DNA of 63,928 nt, filler included, from Conidiobolus incongruus B7586 (lineage: Eukaryota): assembly GCA_000697335.1 (NCBI GenBank). It is 18 parts of 18 records of this genome, joined end to end, with 100 filler letters (N's around TTAATTAATTAA, not from the genome) between each part and the next. Parts side by side here need not be neighbours in the genome. Positions count along the whole stretch, not along the records: positions 43,599 to 44,905 come from JNEM01005352.1; positions 45,006 to 46,379 come from JNEM01005355.1; positions 46,480 to 47,886 come from JNEM01005359.1; positions 47,987 to 56,729 come from JNEM01005360.1; positions 56,830 to 60,303 come from JNEM01005363.1; 13 more parts are not named here. One strand, given 5' to 3'. Each line of letters begins with the position of its first letter. Positions within the stretch are counted from its first letter, which is position 1. The position numbers were made by a program, and so were the translations under genes. The notes under the pieces are model-generated. The model searched no databases, was not told where the DNA came from, and saw only the letters and a list, made by a program, of their open reading frames with translations. Shown here one piece after another: positions 43,908 to 57,869 of this stretch.

Positions 43908-44905
43908 TTAGTATAGAAATTAAATAATGGCATAATTTTAAAATTAAAATTAAACAAATAAATTAATAAATAATATATAGAAATTAATGAATAATATAAA
44001 ATTAATAGCCCTTTTTATTATTAATAACTTTTTTCCATACCTTTAGTAAGCTTTTAATATCTAAAAAACAGTTCTTTTTATTAAAAACTAAAATTTGATA
44101 TTTCACAAACCAATTTAATTTGTTTGTAGGAATTTTTTTTCTTGCAAGCTGTTTTTTTAATTGTCTAAAACAATTATAATCATATAAGTTATAATCAGGT
44201 GAATATACTGGATATGATAACTCCCTCTAATTTTTTTTATATAAAAAATTTTTCACAGCTTTAGTTTTATATATTTTACAATTATTATACAAAATAGTAG
44301 GTATCCTCAACTTATATTGAGAATACCATTTAGAAATTGTTTTATTTAAAAAAGTAAAGTATAACTTACTATTAATTAATTTTCCTTGAGATAATAAATC
44401 AAAAGATTATATACCATTATAATCTATTATAATAATAAACATTTACTTATATTTAAAGTACTTATTCATTAGAATTTATAAAGGGGATTAATTTAGCTTA
44501 ACTTAACATCTTGTTTTATTTTTAAGTAAAGGATTATATAAAGGAATTTAAGATTCATCAATTATAAGTATTTGCTGTAAAAATCTTTGTTTTTGGTTAT
44601 ACCTTAATAAGTTTAGTTTAGCTATAGCTACTTTAGTTTTCTTTTGGGTTTCTGTTAAATTATAAGATATCCATTTTGTATTTTTATTAATTAATCTAAA
44701 TTTAAACTTGAATAAATATAATATGCTAATATAATTAATATTAAATTGCTTTAATAGTTCTCTAGCAAAAATAAAAGTGTATTTCTTAATATATTTTTTA
44801 CTTTATTAGTAAGTAAAAGAGTAATAATAGAAATTAGTCTTTTAGATTTTGGTAAATTTTGAATAATGTCCCTTCTAGCTTTAAAATCACAAATCCAGCA
44901 ATATA
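43908..44905 (-). mobile_element. Mariner relic, among the least decayed copies
   Basis: Right TIR TA|TTAGTATAGAAATTAAATAATGGCATA. Minus-strand translation keeps ELSYPVYSPDYN and IIDES*IPLYNP. Confidence 0.92.
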
Positions 44906-45005
44906 NNNNNNNNNNNNNNNNNNNNNNNNNNNNNNNNNNNNNNNNNNNNTTAATTAATTAANNNNNNNNNNNNNNNNNNNNNNNNNNNNNNNNNNNNNNN
45001 NNNNN

Positions 45006-46236
45006 GATATATAAAAATAAATTTATAATATAAATTTTATAATTTAAATAATTATTAATAACTTTTTGCTATATTTTTAATAAACATTTAATTTTTAAAA
45101 ATAGTTCTTTTTATTTAAGACTAATATTTGATATTTCATAAATTAATTAGATTTTTTTATAGAAATTTTTTTCCTGTAAGTTGGTTTTTTAATTGCTTAA
45201 AGTAATTATAATCATATATGTTATAATCTAAAAGATATACTAGATATGGTAGTTTTTTCTAGTTATTTTTAATTAGAAAATTTATTATAATTTTAAATTA
45301 ATATATTCTATAATTAAAATGCAAAATGATAGGTTTTTTCAAACCATATTAAGAACACAAATTAGAAATATTTTTTAAAAAAGCAATATAAAAATTATTA
45401 TTAATTGATTTTTTTTCTTGAATTAAATAAAAATAACATATATTATTATAATGTATTATAATAATTAACATTTGCTTATTAACAAAATACTTTTTTAAAA
45501 AGGTTTGTAAAAAGGGTTAATTTAATTTAATTTAGCATTTTGATTTATATTTTGATAAAGAATTATATATATAGTTTTAAGATTAATCAATTATAATTAT
45601 TTGCTATAAAAGCTTAAGTTTCTAGTAATATTAAAATAAGTTTTATTTAACATTAACTAATCTATTTTCTTTTAAGCTTTAGTTAAGTTATAAGATACTT
45701 ATTTTATATTTATATTTATTAATTTAAATTTAAACTTTAATATATATAAATTGTAAAACTAATATTAAGATATTAAGATAATTTTCTAGCTAAAATAAAA
45801 AAATACTTGTTAATATATTTTTTCACTTTATTAATAATTATAAGAGTGATAATTAAAGTTAGTCTTCTAGATTTTACCAAGTTTTAGATAGTTTCTCTCT
45901 TAATCTTAAAATAATTTACCAAGCAATAAATAATTAATTTAGATAATATTTTATTACCAAAAGTTGATTATAAATTCTATATAATTTTAAAAAATTTATG
46001 GCTAAGTTTTATTAATATTAAAATAATAAACTTTTGATAATTATTATCTGATTTAAATATAATTAAATTAAATAACTAATTTCAAAAAATTAATTTTTTA
46101 TTTAAAAAATATAGTATATATATTTTAAAAATATATAATCTTTTATTATTATATATATATATATATATTTAAAATTAGTAATATATTTGAAAAATCAAAA
46201 ATTAAAAAATTTCTCATTATTTTAATTTTAAGATAA
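45006..46236 (-). mobile_element. Degenerate mariner relic
   Basis: Colinear with 44000-44905 and 33260-34470. Confidence 0.85.
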
Positions 46237-46238
46237 TA

Positions 46239-46379
46239 CATTAACCTACAAAAATGAGTCATAAAATAAAAATCACTTATATATTTACCTGTAACTTAAA
46301 CAATTCTTAACTAAATTAATTTAAATCAAAGTATATAATTAAAGTATATTTCCTAATTTTAATAGGTTATATTTAATTA
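46239..46379 (+). mobile_element. Tc1 terminal inverted repeat (outer end)
   Basis: TA|CATTAACCTACAAAAATGAGTCATAAAAT matches TA|CACTAGCCTATAAAAATGAGTTATAAAATC at 62157. Confidence 0.75.
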
Positions 46380-46479
46380 NNNNNNNNNNNNNNNNNNNNN
46401 NNNNNNNNNNNNNNNNNNNNNNNTTAATTAATTAANNNNNNNNNNNNNNNNNNNNNNNNNNNNNNNNNNNNNNNNNNNN

Positions 46480-47640
46480 TTTGTAAATTTTTACTAAAAT
46501 ATAACACTTCAAATCTAGTTCTTTTCATTTTAAACTAAAATATAATATTTTACATATTAATTTAATTTCTTTATAAAAATTTTCAATTTTGTAAGTTAAC
46601 TTTTTAATTGGCTAAAATAATTATAATTTTATAGGATATAATTTATAAAATATATTATATATGATAGCTCTTTCTAATTATTTTTGATTAAAATATTTTT
46701 TAGAATTTTAGATTTATATATATTATAACTATTATATATAATATTAGGTTTTTTTTAAACTATACTATGAACACTGAATAAAAGTAATTTTATTTAAAAA
46801 AAGATATAAATTTTATTATTAATTGATTTCCTTTAAAAACTAAATAAAAATTAATTATGTAATTATAATCCAATATATTAATTAATATTTATTTATTAAT
46901 ATAATATTTATTTAAAAGAATTTATAAAAGGGGTTGATTTAACTTAATCTAATACCTTGATTTATACTTTTATAAAATATTATATAAAATGATCTAAAAT
47001 TCATCAATTTTAATAATTTATTATAAAAGCCTTGGTTCCAAGCTATATCTTAGTAAGTTTTATTTAGCAATAGTTACTCTAGCTTTTTTTTAATTTTTAA
47101 TGAAATTTTAAATTATTTATTTTATATTTATATTATTTAATTTTAATCTATATTTTAATAGATATAGAATATTTATATAATTAATATCAAAGAATCCTAA
47201 TTAATATTTAGCTAAAATAAAAAAATGATTTTTAATATGTGTTTTCATTCTATTAATTATTAATAAAGTAATAATTAAAATTAATCTTTTAAATTTTAAT
47301 AAGTTTTAGATAATTTTTTTAACCTTAAAGTAATTTACCTAATGATTATTTAATAAATTATATAATACTTAATTATCAAAAGTTATTTGTAAAATTTAGA
47401 TAGTTTTATAGGGTTTACGGTTTTGTTTTATTAATACTAAAATAAAAGAGTTTTGATGATTATTATTAAATTTAAATATAATTAAATTAAATAACTAATT
47501 TTTAAATATTATTTATATATAATTCAAAAATATTTGTTTTTTTATTTATTTTTCTATATATTCTTTAATTTAATATTAATATTAAGTTTAAAAATCAGAA
47601 ATCAAAAAGTTTCTTAATTTGTTTAATTTATAATAATATT
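46480..47640 (-). mobile_element. Degenerate mariner relic
   Basis: Colinear with 45050-46230. Confidence 0.8.
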
Positions 47641-47699
47641 ATAAAAAAATAAAAAATAAAAAAATATAATTTATTAGATATAATTATTTTATTTGTATA

Positions 47700-47886
47700 A
47701 TAGATTATTTTTAAAATATAAATTCATTATATAGTTTATAGTTAAATAAATATATTTAAATAAATAAAGTATATTATTAGCAAAAATATTAACCTATAAT
47801 ATTTAACTAAGATAAATCATAAATTTATTAGTTTTTAAGATAAAAAAATATATTTAATAATATATAATTATATTTTTCTTCTTTAT
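47700..47886 (+). mobile_element. Tc1 left-end fragment
   Basis: 'attagcaaaaatattaacc...cataaattta' matches 60417-60520 and 63645-63740. Confidence 0.65.
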
Positions 47887-48539
47887 NNNNNNNNNNNNNN
47901 NNNNNNNNNNNNNNNNNNNNNNNNNNNNNNTTAATTAATTAANNNNNNNNNNNNNNNNNNNNNNNNNNNNNNNNNNNNNNNNNNNNAAATATATAATTTT
48001 TAATATTAAGATTTGAAAAAATTATTTATATATTAAAATTTATATATTATATTATTTATTATTTAAAATATATTAATAATAAAAAAATCAGAGTTTAAAT
48101 ATTTTAAAATAATTTTTTTTTGATTTTATAAAAATTTACTTAATATTATAAGAATTTTTAAATAAGGATATATTAATTATATATAAACTTTTATATTTAT
48201 AATTTATTATAATTTGATAATATTAAATACTTTTATATCAAGAAATTGGAATTTGAATAGAGTAGTAATTAAAAAATAAATATTTTTTATTTTATTATAA
48301 ATACAATTTTTTCTACATATTTTATAAATTTGATATTTTTTGAAATATTAAATATTAAAATATTTTTAATTATCTTAAATTTTTATTTTTAAAATATAAA
48401 TAATAATTAGAATTAATAAATTTGTCAAATAAATATATGAGAAGAAAAGCAGTCATTGTAATTTTTTTTCAAATTTAGGAATATTAATTTGAAATATTTT
48501 AGCAATTAATCATTTCAGCAAAGAGTTTAATATATAATG

Positions 48540-50520
48540 TGATAATAGCTGGACTTCAAATCCAATTTCCCTAATGTTTCATATGAGGCCTAAAATTCAC
48601 TACGACTTTATTGAATGCAAGAGAAAAAAATATTAAATGGGATAAATCACAGCCATTTCTCAAGTGTATAAAGTCTCAAACCTACTGCTTTTATACTAAG
48701 AAGGTGGTGAACTCAATCGAGTTGCCCAATAACAGATCTTGTCATTCTTCCGATTTCGAAATGTTGTTTTATAAGACCAATTGAAAAATTTGAGTTTAGT
48801 TAGTCAAGGCTCATTTATACTATAGACAAAATAACTAAATGATTCAAAGATGATCTTATTTTCGATTATATTGTGGCGATATATTGATAATTAAAAAGAA
48901 TGCTATGATGATTAATTATTCAATCAAATTTAGACATCTTTAGAATATAAGTGTTACAGTGAGATACTTGAAATAAACTTAAACAAAAGTATAATTTAAT
49001 CACAAGGAAATACTCATTTTCAAACCCATTCTATTTAGTTAACAATCAATAAAAATATCAAGATTCTGATTGAGATAAGCTTTCAAGAATGTGCTCTCGT
49101 TCCTACCATTGTTGAAATCATTAAAGAGACTTACACTAGATCTGGACTGAATTCATATTTATTTAACAATATTTCAGCTCCTATACTGCCCAAATTCAGT
49201 GTTATGAAAGGAAAAAATGATTTATCCCCGCAAGGCAAGTCGCTTAATATTAGAGCCCTCTATTGAACAAATAGCTCCAATACTTTAATTAACTAGATTT
49301 TCACTTGGTATAATATATTTACTTGAAATAGAAGTAAATAATGATAATACTTGGACACGCATTGTTCACTTGAGTAAATTGGCATTGTGAAAGTATATTA
49401 GTAAAATTTAAATTTAAAAAAATTATGATATTTTTAGCTTATTTCTATAATTGAGAATGTATATGATGAATAGGTTCAAAGGGTAAGCATAAGGGAAAAA
49501 TTCAATCTTAACTTGTGAGATGAAAAATGTAAAAAGATCATTGATGACTATCGAATCGGTTAGTTCAAGATTATTCCTCTCGTGTAAAAATTTAGTTCAA
49601 CCCTCAAAGTTCATATTTCCCATTGTCAACTTTTTTTTCCAGCAGCATCATTTGATCCAATTGACTATTTGTAAAAGGATATACTAAAATTATCATGATT
49701 CACGACCTATCAAACAAGAAGCTTTTTCAATTCACTTTCAAAATTCACTAGGTGAATCAATCTGCTTTTTTTCCTATTATAATATTTCCACTATTTTTCA
49801 AAATTAATAAATCAAAATTGGAAAAAATAATAATAATTAAAATTTTACAAAATATTTATCTTAAGAGTATCCAAAGAAACATTGCATATTTGGATTTGAA
49901 TGAATTTGAAACTAATGTTAGATCTAATCGTCAATTTCATACCTCTACCAAACATTTATTCATAACAATGTCTATTCGCATTAGGTATACTTTCTATTAT
50001 ATAGTTGTCTGCAAACTCCATTTGAATTTGAAAGGACATTTTAATCAGATAGAATTAAAGTATTGAACCAGAAAACATTAAAAAATTTATTAAAAGAATC
50101 TTAAATTCGTCTTATTGATCCATACCTTTGATTGATTGAATGGAGATATACATTAGTAATTTGGTGTTTGTACAATATATAGTCAAATTTATTAGATTAA
50201 TTCTGTCGAAATTACCAGATCTCGATATTGTGAAGGTTTTCAATGATTTTATGATACATTCCTAATTTTCTGTTCTCTCTGTAAAGAAATATGTGGAATG
50301 GTGTGAGTATGAAATAACTCATGATGGCGATTTAAAATTGGATCGAAAGTTGAAGGTCAATCTATAACAGCATATGAAGTATATTCTCAAGAGGATATTT
50401 GGCAATAAGGATTAATAATCTGAGGATGAGCATACCATCATATCCCTTCAATTGTGGTTGATACATGACAAAATACATTTCTGATAGTAGATGAACCCGA
50501 TTTTTGAGAAGTATGGTTGA
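48540..50520 (+). pseudogene. Possible decayed protein-coding remnant
   Basis: About 2 kb of raised GC and complexity. Protein-like frames are broken by sparse stops (e.g. 49039-49266 open; ~50190-50480 FIRLILSKLPDLDIVKVFNDFMIHS*FSVLSVKKYVEWCEY). No family recognised. Confidence 0.35.
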
Positions 50521-53162
50521 AAAATAAATATATTTTTATCTAATTTCCTTAATTAAACGTATTTTCATTGATTTCCATTTTGAGCAATATTTTATTTTTC
50601 AATATACTTAATCTTCAAACCAAAACATTACTATATTTCATCAGATTCTTAATATTTTCAATCTTTGGTTCAATTAAGTGATATTCTTTAGCAATATAGA
50701 GTAATATTTTGATCTTTGTAATGACGCTTAAATAATAACAGCTATATTTCTTCAAGAATCAATGATATATCATATTCAAAACTAAATTTGAATCATTGAT
50801 AACAAAATATTGATAAATTTTTGTTATATAGCCAAATTTGATCCAAACTCCAAACATCCATAATAGAACAATTGCTGACTACTCTAATACAGTATTAATC
50901 TTATTTCATTTAGTGGGTGAATATATTTGAATATTTTTTCTATTTTAATGAATATGATTTATTCACACTTTGGAAATTGAGTTTATTAATCCAAACATTG
51001 TTAATTCTAAAAGGCCAAGAAATCAAATTGAATTATTTATTATAATGAAATTTGTACTTGATTATTAAGTATTAAAAATTACAATTTTAGTAAATTAAGA
51101 ATTTTAACATATATTATGATATATCACTTTTAAAAAAAATTAATATGAATAATTTATAACCCCTGATCAAAATAAAATTTTTAATCATCAAATTTTATAC
51201 CAAATTATACAGTTAACTCACCATAATTACATCAATTTTAGTACAATATTTATCACTATTATTTTTCCAATTATTAAAAAAATATTATGACGAATTGATA
51301 TAAATGAGATAATAATTTTTCTTTCATTTTGAATTGATATATGGTTATCATAGTATATTTTCTTGGCCAGGAGTAATAAATTAAAATATATTAATTATTC
51401 CTTTTATTAACTAATCAAATAAAAATTCATTAATTAATAAAAATATACTAATAATTCTTCAATGTTATTTAAAATTATATAATATTTTATTGGCATCTTT
51501 AAAAATCACTAATATAATTATTTAAAAAAAATATTATTAAAATCAAAAACACGATAATATTTAAAATAAATAATTTTATATTAAGTAATTTTAATTAAAT
51601 TTAAATATTAAAAAATCTGATTCTTAAAATCTTTATTATTTTATTTCATTCAAAAAATTATATAAATATGAAATCTTGTTAGTTTTTTAATATTTCTATT
51701 TTTGTTAATATTAAAAATAAAACTTATATAACTAAAAAATTTTATTAAATTATCAATATTTAGCCAAGGAAATAATCAAGATCCTAGTATATTCAACATT
51801 TTTTCAAATGAAATATATCACTTTGTTTAATACCTAATTCGTCTCACTAATTTATTGCCAAGTAATTAATTTAGGAATTTGCAAGTTTAACCCATTTTTT
51901 ATATTGTTATATTTAAAGTTATCCAATTTGGTATTAATCACAAGATAGTAACATAAAAAATTAATAAAGAAAAATAAAAGATGATATAATGTTTTGAATG
52001 ATAAATATTATAAACACTTAAAAATAAGTATTATTAATTTATATTATATTAATAAATCATCTAATTTTATATTATTAACCAATTAAAATCAAATGAATTT
52101 TGAATATAAATATTAATAAATATCACAAAGCACCCAAAACAATCAATAAAATTAGGATTGTCTTTGCATAATAAGGACTTTACATTCTATGGCCTTAATT
52201 CAAAGTCCAAAATAACTATGAGGATTTAATATATATGGTAAAACTAATTAACCTTAAAAATCTAAAATTTAAGAAAAATTAGAAATAAATTAATTGACAT
52301 TTTATTTAAATAAGCTGATAAGACAAATACCAAGGTTTAAATATTGCTAAGAATATCTAATATTAATTACCAAGAAATAACGAACTTAAATTTACCATTT
52401 GATATATTTTAATAATGCTCTGAATTGATTTTTAAAAAATTTGTCCTTAATTTAAAGTATTAAATTTATATTAAAAACCCCTCATCAAATATCCTTTGAC
52501 CAATAAAAATTATTTTGAGTTTATCAATTTTTTGATTAAAAATATTAATTTAAAATAGGGTAATTCTAATTCTTTGTTAAATCAAAAATCGGTTTCAAAT
52601 AAAAACTATCAATGTTTATCCTGACATTGCAATGAAATCATTATTGCCCTTTCGGATTTGATTTGAATTAATAATTGGATAGTTTAATCCCGTTTGTACT
52701 AGAGTAATAGGAAGTCATCATACCATCATCTCTATATATGTGTGGATATATTTTAAAATCATTGGAAATAATTTAAAAATTTCGGAAAATGAAGTTTCTA
52801 TAATTTTTACCGGTTAATTGATAAATATATAAATTAAAAAAAAAATATAAATAACTAATTTAAGTAATAATTGAATGGAAATTGAAGTTTGTATAATTTC
52901 GGGATTTCTATATTCTACCAATCATTCTTTATTATTTAAAATTTTCACCCCAATTTTAAAATTTGTCCAATTTATCAAAAATGTTAATGAGAAGATTAAA
53001 TTGAAAAAAAATATTAATGCGAATAATGAATTAATTCTTAGGATTCGTGCCTTGAATTTTATTTAATATTATTGTAGGGGTATAAATACAGTTATCATGT
53101 AATTACTATGTTAATTATTTTTTTTTCATTCTTTAAAATTTTGTATATTTATTTTATTTATC

Positions 53163-54011
53163 ATGGAAAAATTGTCATCAAAATTGTTTTCCAGGGACTT
53201 GGAGGCCTATGGATCACATCACAATCCAAGCAACAGATCATACACTCAAATGTTTATTACACTCGCTAAAGTCATTATATGCTGGGGGCTTTCATATTAC
53301 TTTATGAATGTAGCCGCTAATATTGCCAGTGTTAGATCCATGTCTAATGTTGATAATGAAATTATGAAAGATCTAGGCTTTGAATTCGTACCAACAGTTC
53401 AATTACTATGGTTGACAGATTTTTTCGATGGCATTATGGTTGCAATCATGGCCCTTCTCGTTTTATTATCTCCTTTCAAATTCGAACTCATATCCAAAAT
53501 TTTAATGACTAGTACCCTTTGCAACTTTTTAAGGGTTACAACTCTTGTTTCCACGTCATGTGTAGATCCTAGAACCACATGTGAAGTAGTGACTACCAAT
53601 ATTTGGACAACTGTAGCATTACACAGATGCGGAGATTGTATGTACTCTGGCCATACTATTTTACTAGCGCTCGCAGCCATATCATGGCATTTTTATTGCC
53701 CTCAATTATTGAGAACTGTTTCTAGAATCTTTGTATGGTTATTGTCCATTCTAGGTGGATTTTGTATTATTTCTAACCGTAGCCATTATACTTCTGATGT
53801 ATTAATTGCATTTTACATGACTATCGGCTGTTGGTTCGCTGTAGGCTATATTTGGAATGGTATGTTGAGCAAAGAAGACTGCTGTGAAGATTGTCAAGAA
53901 GAAATGTGCTATTCCAATAACAATAAGCAATCACCAGCTTGGACGCCACTTTACAACGAAACTAATACATCAAATAGATCATCTTCTTCAGAAGAAAGAT
54001 TACTTAACTAA
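53163..54011 (+). CDS. Sphingomyelin-synthase / plant-type IPC-synthase family enzyme (PAP2_C domain)
   Basis: Multi-pass membrane protein with DLGF, LRVTT, CGDCMYSGHT and RSHYTSDV (His-His-Asp triad). TATAAATA at 53081-53088. Confidence 0.88.
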   Translation: MEKLSSKLFSRDLEAYGSHHNPSNRSYTQMFITLAKVIICWGLSYYFMNVAANIASVRSMSNVDNEIMKDLGFEFVPTVQLLWLTDFFDGIMVAIMALLVLLSPFKFELISKILMTSTLCNFLRVTTLVSTSCVDPRTTCEVVTTNIWTTVALHRCGDCMYSGHTILLALAAISWHFYCPQLLRTVSRIFVWLLSILGGFCIISNRSHYTSDVLIAFYMTIGCWFAVGYIWNGMLSKEDCCEDCQEEMCYSNNNKQSPAWTPLYNETNTSNRSSSSEERLLN

Positions 54012-57000
54012 GTAGAATTTTATGGATAATCATACTTGTGTCCTACTTAATTTCTCAAATATTGTATCCATTACAAAAATATTTCAATAGTTAAAGTCAT
54101 CTTATCTAAAGATAATGATGATCAATTTCTTTGTTAATAATAATTAATTAATAAATGTTATATTTATTTAAATTGCATATAAACAAAATTTAGATTCCTT
54201 ATCCTCTATCGTTAGTTGGTAATATAATTTATTATTTAAACTAATATACAATATTGACGAATAATACACCCATCTACCAAAATAATATTTAATTATTGTT
54301 AAGAAATAATATATTGTTCTCTTAATAGAAAATATTTGAAATATGGAATAGTAAGGTTAAAATTATGATGTAATATTCTATCCACTGAATTTTGATTTTC
54401 TTGTGAATTCATTGAATCATATTACATATACATAATATATTTAGCAAGTTTATCGTAATGATAATGTAATCTGTCCAAATTTACGTAATAATTTTATATA
54501 ATTGTAAATAATAATTTAAAATGGTACATTTTTTTAAAGAAAAATATTTTATTATATCAAATGATATTTTTTTTCGATCTAAATTAATTAATATAAATTT
54601 TATACACATACATACACAAAAAAATCAAATTAATTCATTTCAAAGAATTGTAAATTTGATCATTATTACATCAACTGAAAATTTTTAATTTTTTTTCTAA
54701 TTAATTCAATGCAATATTGTTTCATATTAATTTCGTGACTTGAATCTCGATATAATATAGGAAATAATGATTTCATTTAAAATCAAAATTTTTTTAAAAA
54801 AATTTTTGGGATTATAATAATATTATTAAAGATGTTATTTTAATTTCATTATTGTTGTTATAATTTAAATTATATTAATAAATAATTTTGGATGATATCA
54901 TTTATAGTATTATGATTTTGAATATATTTGATGGCTAAACCATCTAATGAATGCATTTTTTATTAAATTAATTGAACTATAAAATTAAAACAAATAAGTA
55001 GCTTGTACATGATTCTTATATTTTTCATTTTATTTAATATTATTTTTTTTCAAATTTTCAAAATTCAAATTAATAATCAAAGTTTAATCAAATTGCCAAA
55101 GTTTTCTTACTATAATTACCAGAAAAAATTTAAAAACTAATAATTAAATATAAAAATGAACCTTTCATAATAGTGAGGTTGATTAATATTCTATATATTT
55201 TTAGTATTTTTGTGACATATTTTTGAAAAATTAAATTGCCTTCACATTGTAATTAGATTACACCAATTAAAAATCATTATTAATATTACACCAAAGCTCA
55301 CTTCAAAATTTAATTGAATTTATTAAGATGAAAATAGTGGACGATAGGATATATTGACCAAATATGGGAATTTTTGAAAATGGTGTTTATTGATTAATTT
55401 GGAATATTACATTTGGATTTTAATAATATATTTGATGAATTTATAATCCTTGAAATACAAGAATTTTTTATTTTCAATTTAAGACCTAATTCAAATTCTT
55501 GGTATTCCCATTTAATGATATTAGGGTGGATTTGCAATTCTAAGTTTTTTAAGATTAAATATAACACAAATTGATCTTATAATTAAAGGTTCGTAGCATT
55601 TTAGTAGAATGTATTATAAACATTTTTACTTAAATAATATAACACTAATCCAGGGCCTCTAATGTAATAATATTAATTATATTTGATAATAACCTTCAAA
55701 ATAACTAATCCCTAATAGCAAACTTACCCCACACTCATAATTTGAAGTGTGGATCTTGAAACTAAGGGGGATAATTAATTTTGCCACTATCCTTCAAATT
55801 TGCCATTTGTATAATTAATTCTTGGTATTACATGCGATATTGTCCCTAATTATGTTGTTTAAATATTTTTGAACACAAATATACAACTTTATTTCAATGA
55901 CTTTCAGTCTAGAAAATTTCCTGTTTCGTAAATTGATGAAAGAGGTTATTTTTTTAATATATATTACATTTCTCAATTCTCTCGCCTAATATTTTTTTCA
56001 TATATAATTATTGTAATCATTTTGTTTTTATACTATTGACTAAGTCATATGATCAAAATTTTGATAAATAATTTTAAAAATGAAAATTGATATCTTTATA
56101 TTTTTCCGTTGAATTATAAATTATTTCAAATATTCTTTCTGCTTCATATATAAGTCCTCATCTAAATTTGCAAAATAAAATACAGTATATCGATTTCATA
56201 CAAAATTTCAATGACTATGTAAACAATAATCTTTGAATTACAAAGTAATAATTCTGATGTAATGAAAATGAGTGCCAGAGTTGAATTTAAATCACTTATT
56301 GAGAAAATAATTTTTTCTAAATATTTAAACAAAGTAAATCAATTATATCGAATTATTAATATTCAATGACTAACTCATTAAATATTTGAATTCTTTACAT
56401 TTTTCTGCTTAAGAAATATTTAGTCACTTTATCAACGTTTTTGACATATTAATTAATAATATTTTTAATCATTACATATTTCCTAATTATTTAATTAATT
56501 TTTTTATTTTTTTTTGAGAATTAAAATATTTTTCTAAATTATCTATATTATTAGCTTACTATTTTATCAAAAACTCAATATTGATTTTACACTAGAGTAT
56601 TTCAGAAATTATCATCTTTATTTGGTTTAATCTATAGTCATAATTATTAAATATAAAATATTAATATATGTAACCAGATTAAAATTCCTATTTAAATATT
56701 ATTGACTATAAAATTTATAATTTTTAATTNNNNNNNNNNNNNNNNNNNNNNNNNNNNNNNNNNNNNNNNNNNNTTAATTAATTAANNNNNNNNNNNNNNN
56801 NNNNNNNNNNNNNNNNNNNNNNNNNNNNNAATTAATTAAATTATTTTTAATAAATTTTTTATTCAATTAAATAAAGATTATATATATTATTTCAATATAT
56901 ATTAATTTTAATTAGATATTTTTTTAATTTATATATATAAAAATCTATAATAATTTATTAATATTAGTCAATATAAATAACAATATATTATTAATTATAT

Positions 57001-57869
57001 CATATAGCTGTTATAAATTTCAAAAATTTTATATAATAATTAATTTTTGATTTATTTATCAAGTTAATAATATTATTTTCTATATTCTCTTGCTATCTAA
57101 TTGATAGTTAATAAGAAATAAATATCTATTATAAAAAATATTAAAATTAATCTTACTTGAATAATTTGAATATAATCTGATGAATTTTAATTACTGCTTT
57201 AATGAATTATTAAATTTATAAAAACTAATTATTAAAGTATCAAATTAATTTTAATTCGATATTTTTTTTGATTTATAATTTATTATTTATCCGATTAATA
57301 TTGAAAAATTAATATTTTCTAATTTTGATAATTATTTAAAATTAAAATTATTAAAATTGATTTAAATTGAAATATTAAATAATTTAATACTATTATGATG
57401 CATAAATAATCTATTGAATTATATTATAAAAATAAAGAAATTATTTGGTATTTATAAATATTATAAATCGATAAATTGATGCTTTATTTGAAATTAATTT
57501 GATAAAATATTAATATTTAATATATATATATATATATATATTAAATAATTTGAATTTTAATCTGAATTTAAATATTTTAAATGCTGAACTTCATGAATTT
57601 GGTAAAAAAATGAATGGATAAATTTACCATATATTTTAGTAAATTAATTATATTAATGTATAAAATAGTTTAAAAAATCCTAGTTATCAATAGATATTCA
57701 CTTGAATATATTTTGAAAAATATTAATTAGGAAATTTAAATTTTTTATTTGTATTTTTATAAAAAAATTTATTTAAACTTGATTAAATATGACTGTAATA
57801 AAGAAATTGAATTAATACAATACAAAGATATTCGGATTTAAAAAATATTATGAAAGATCAGATTAAGAA

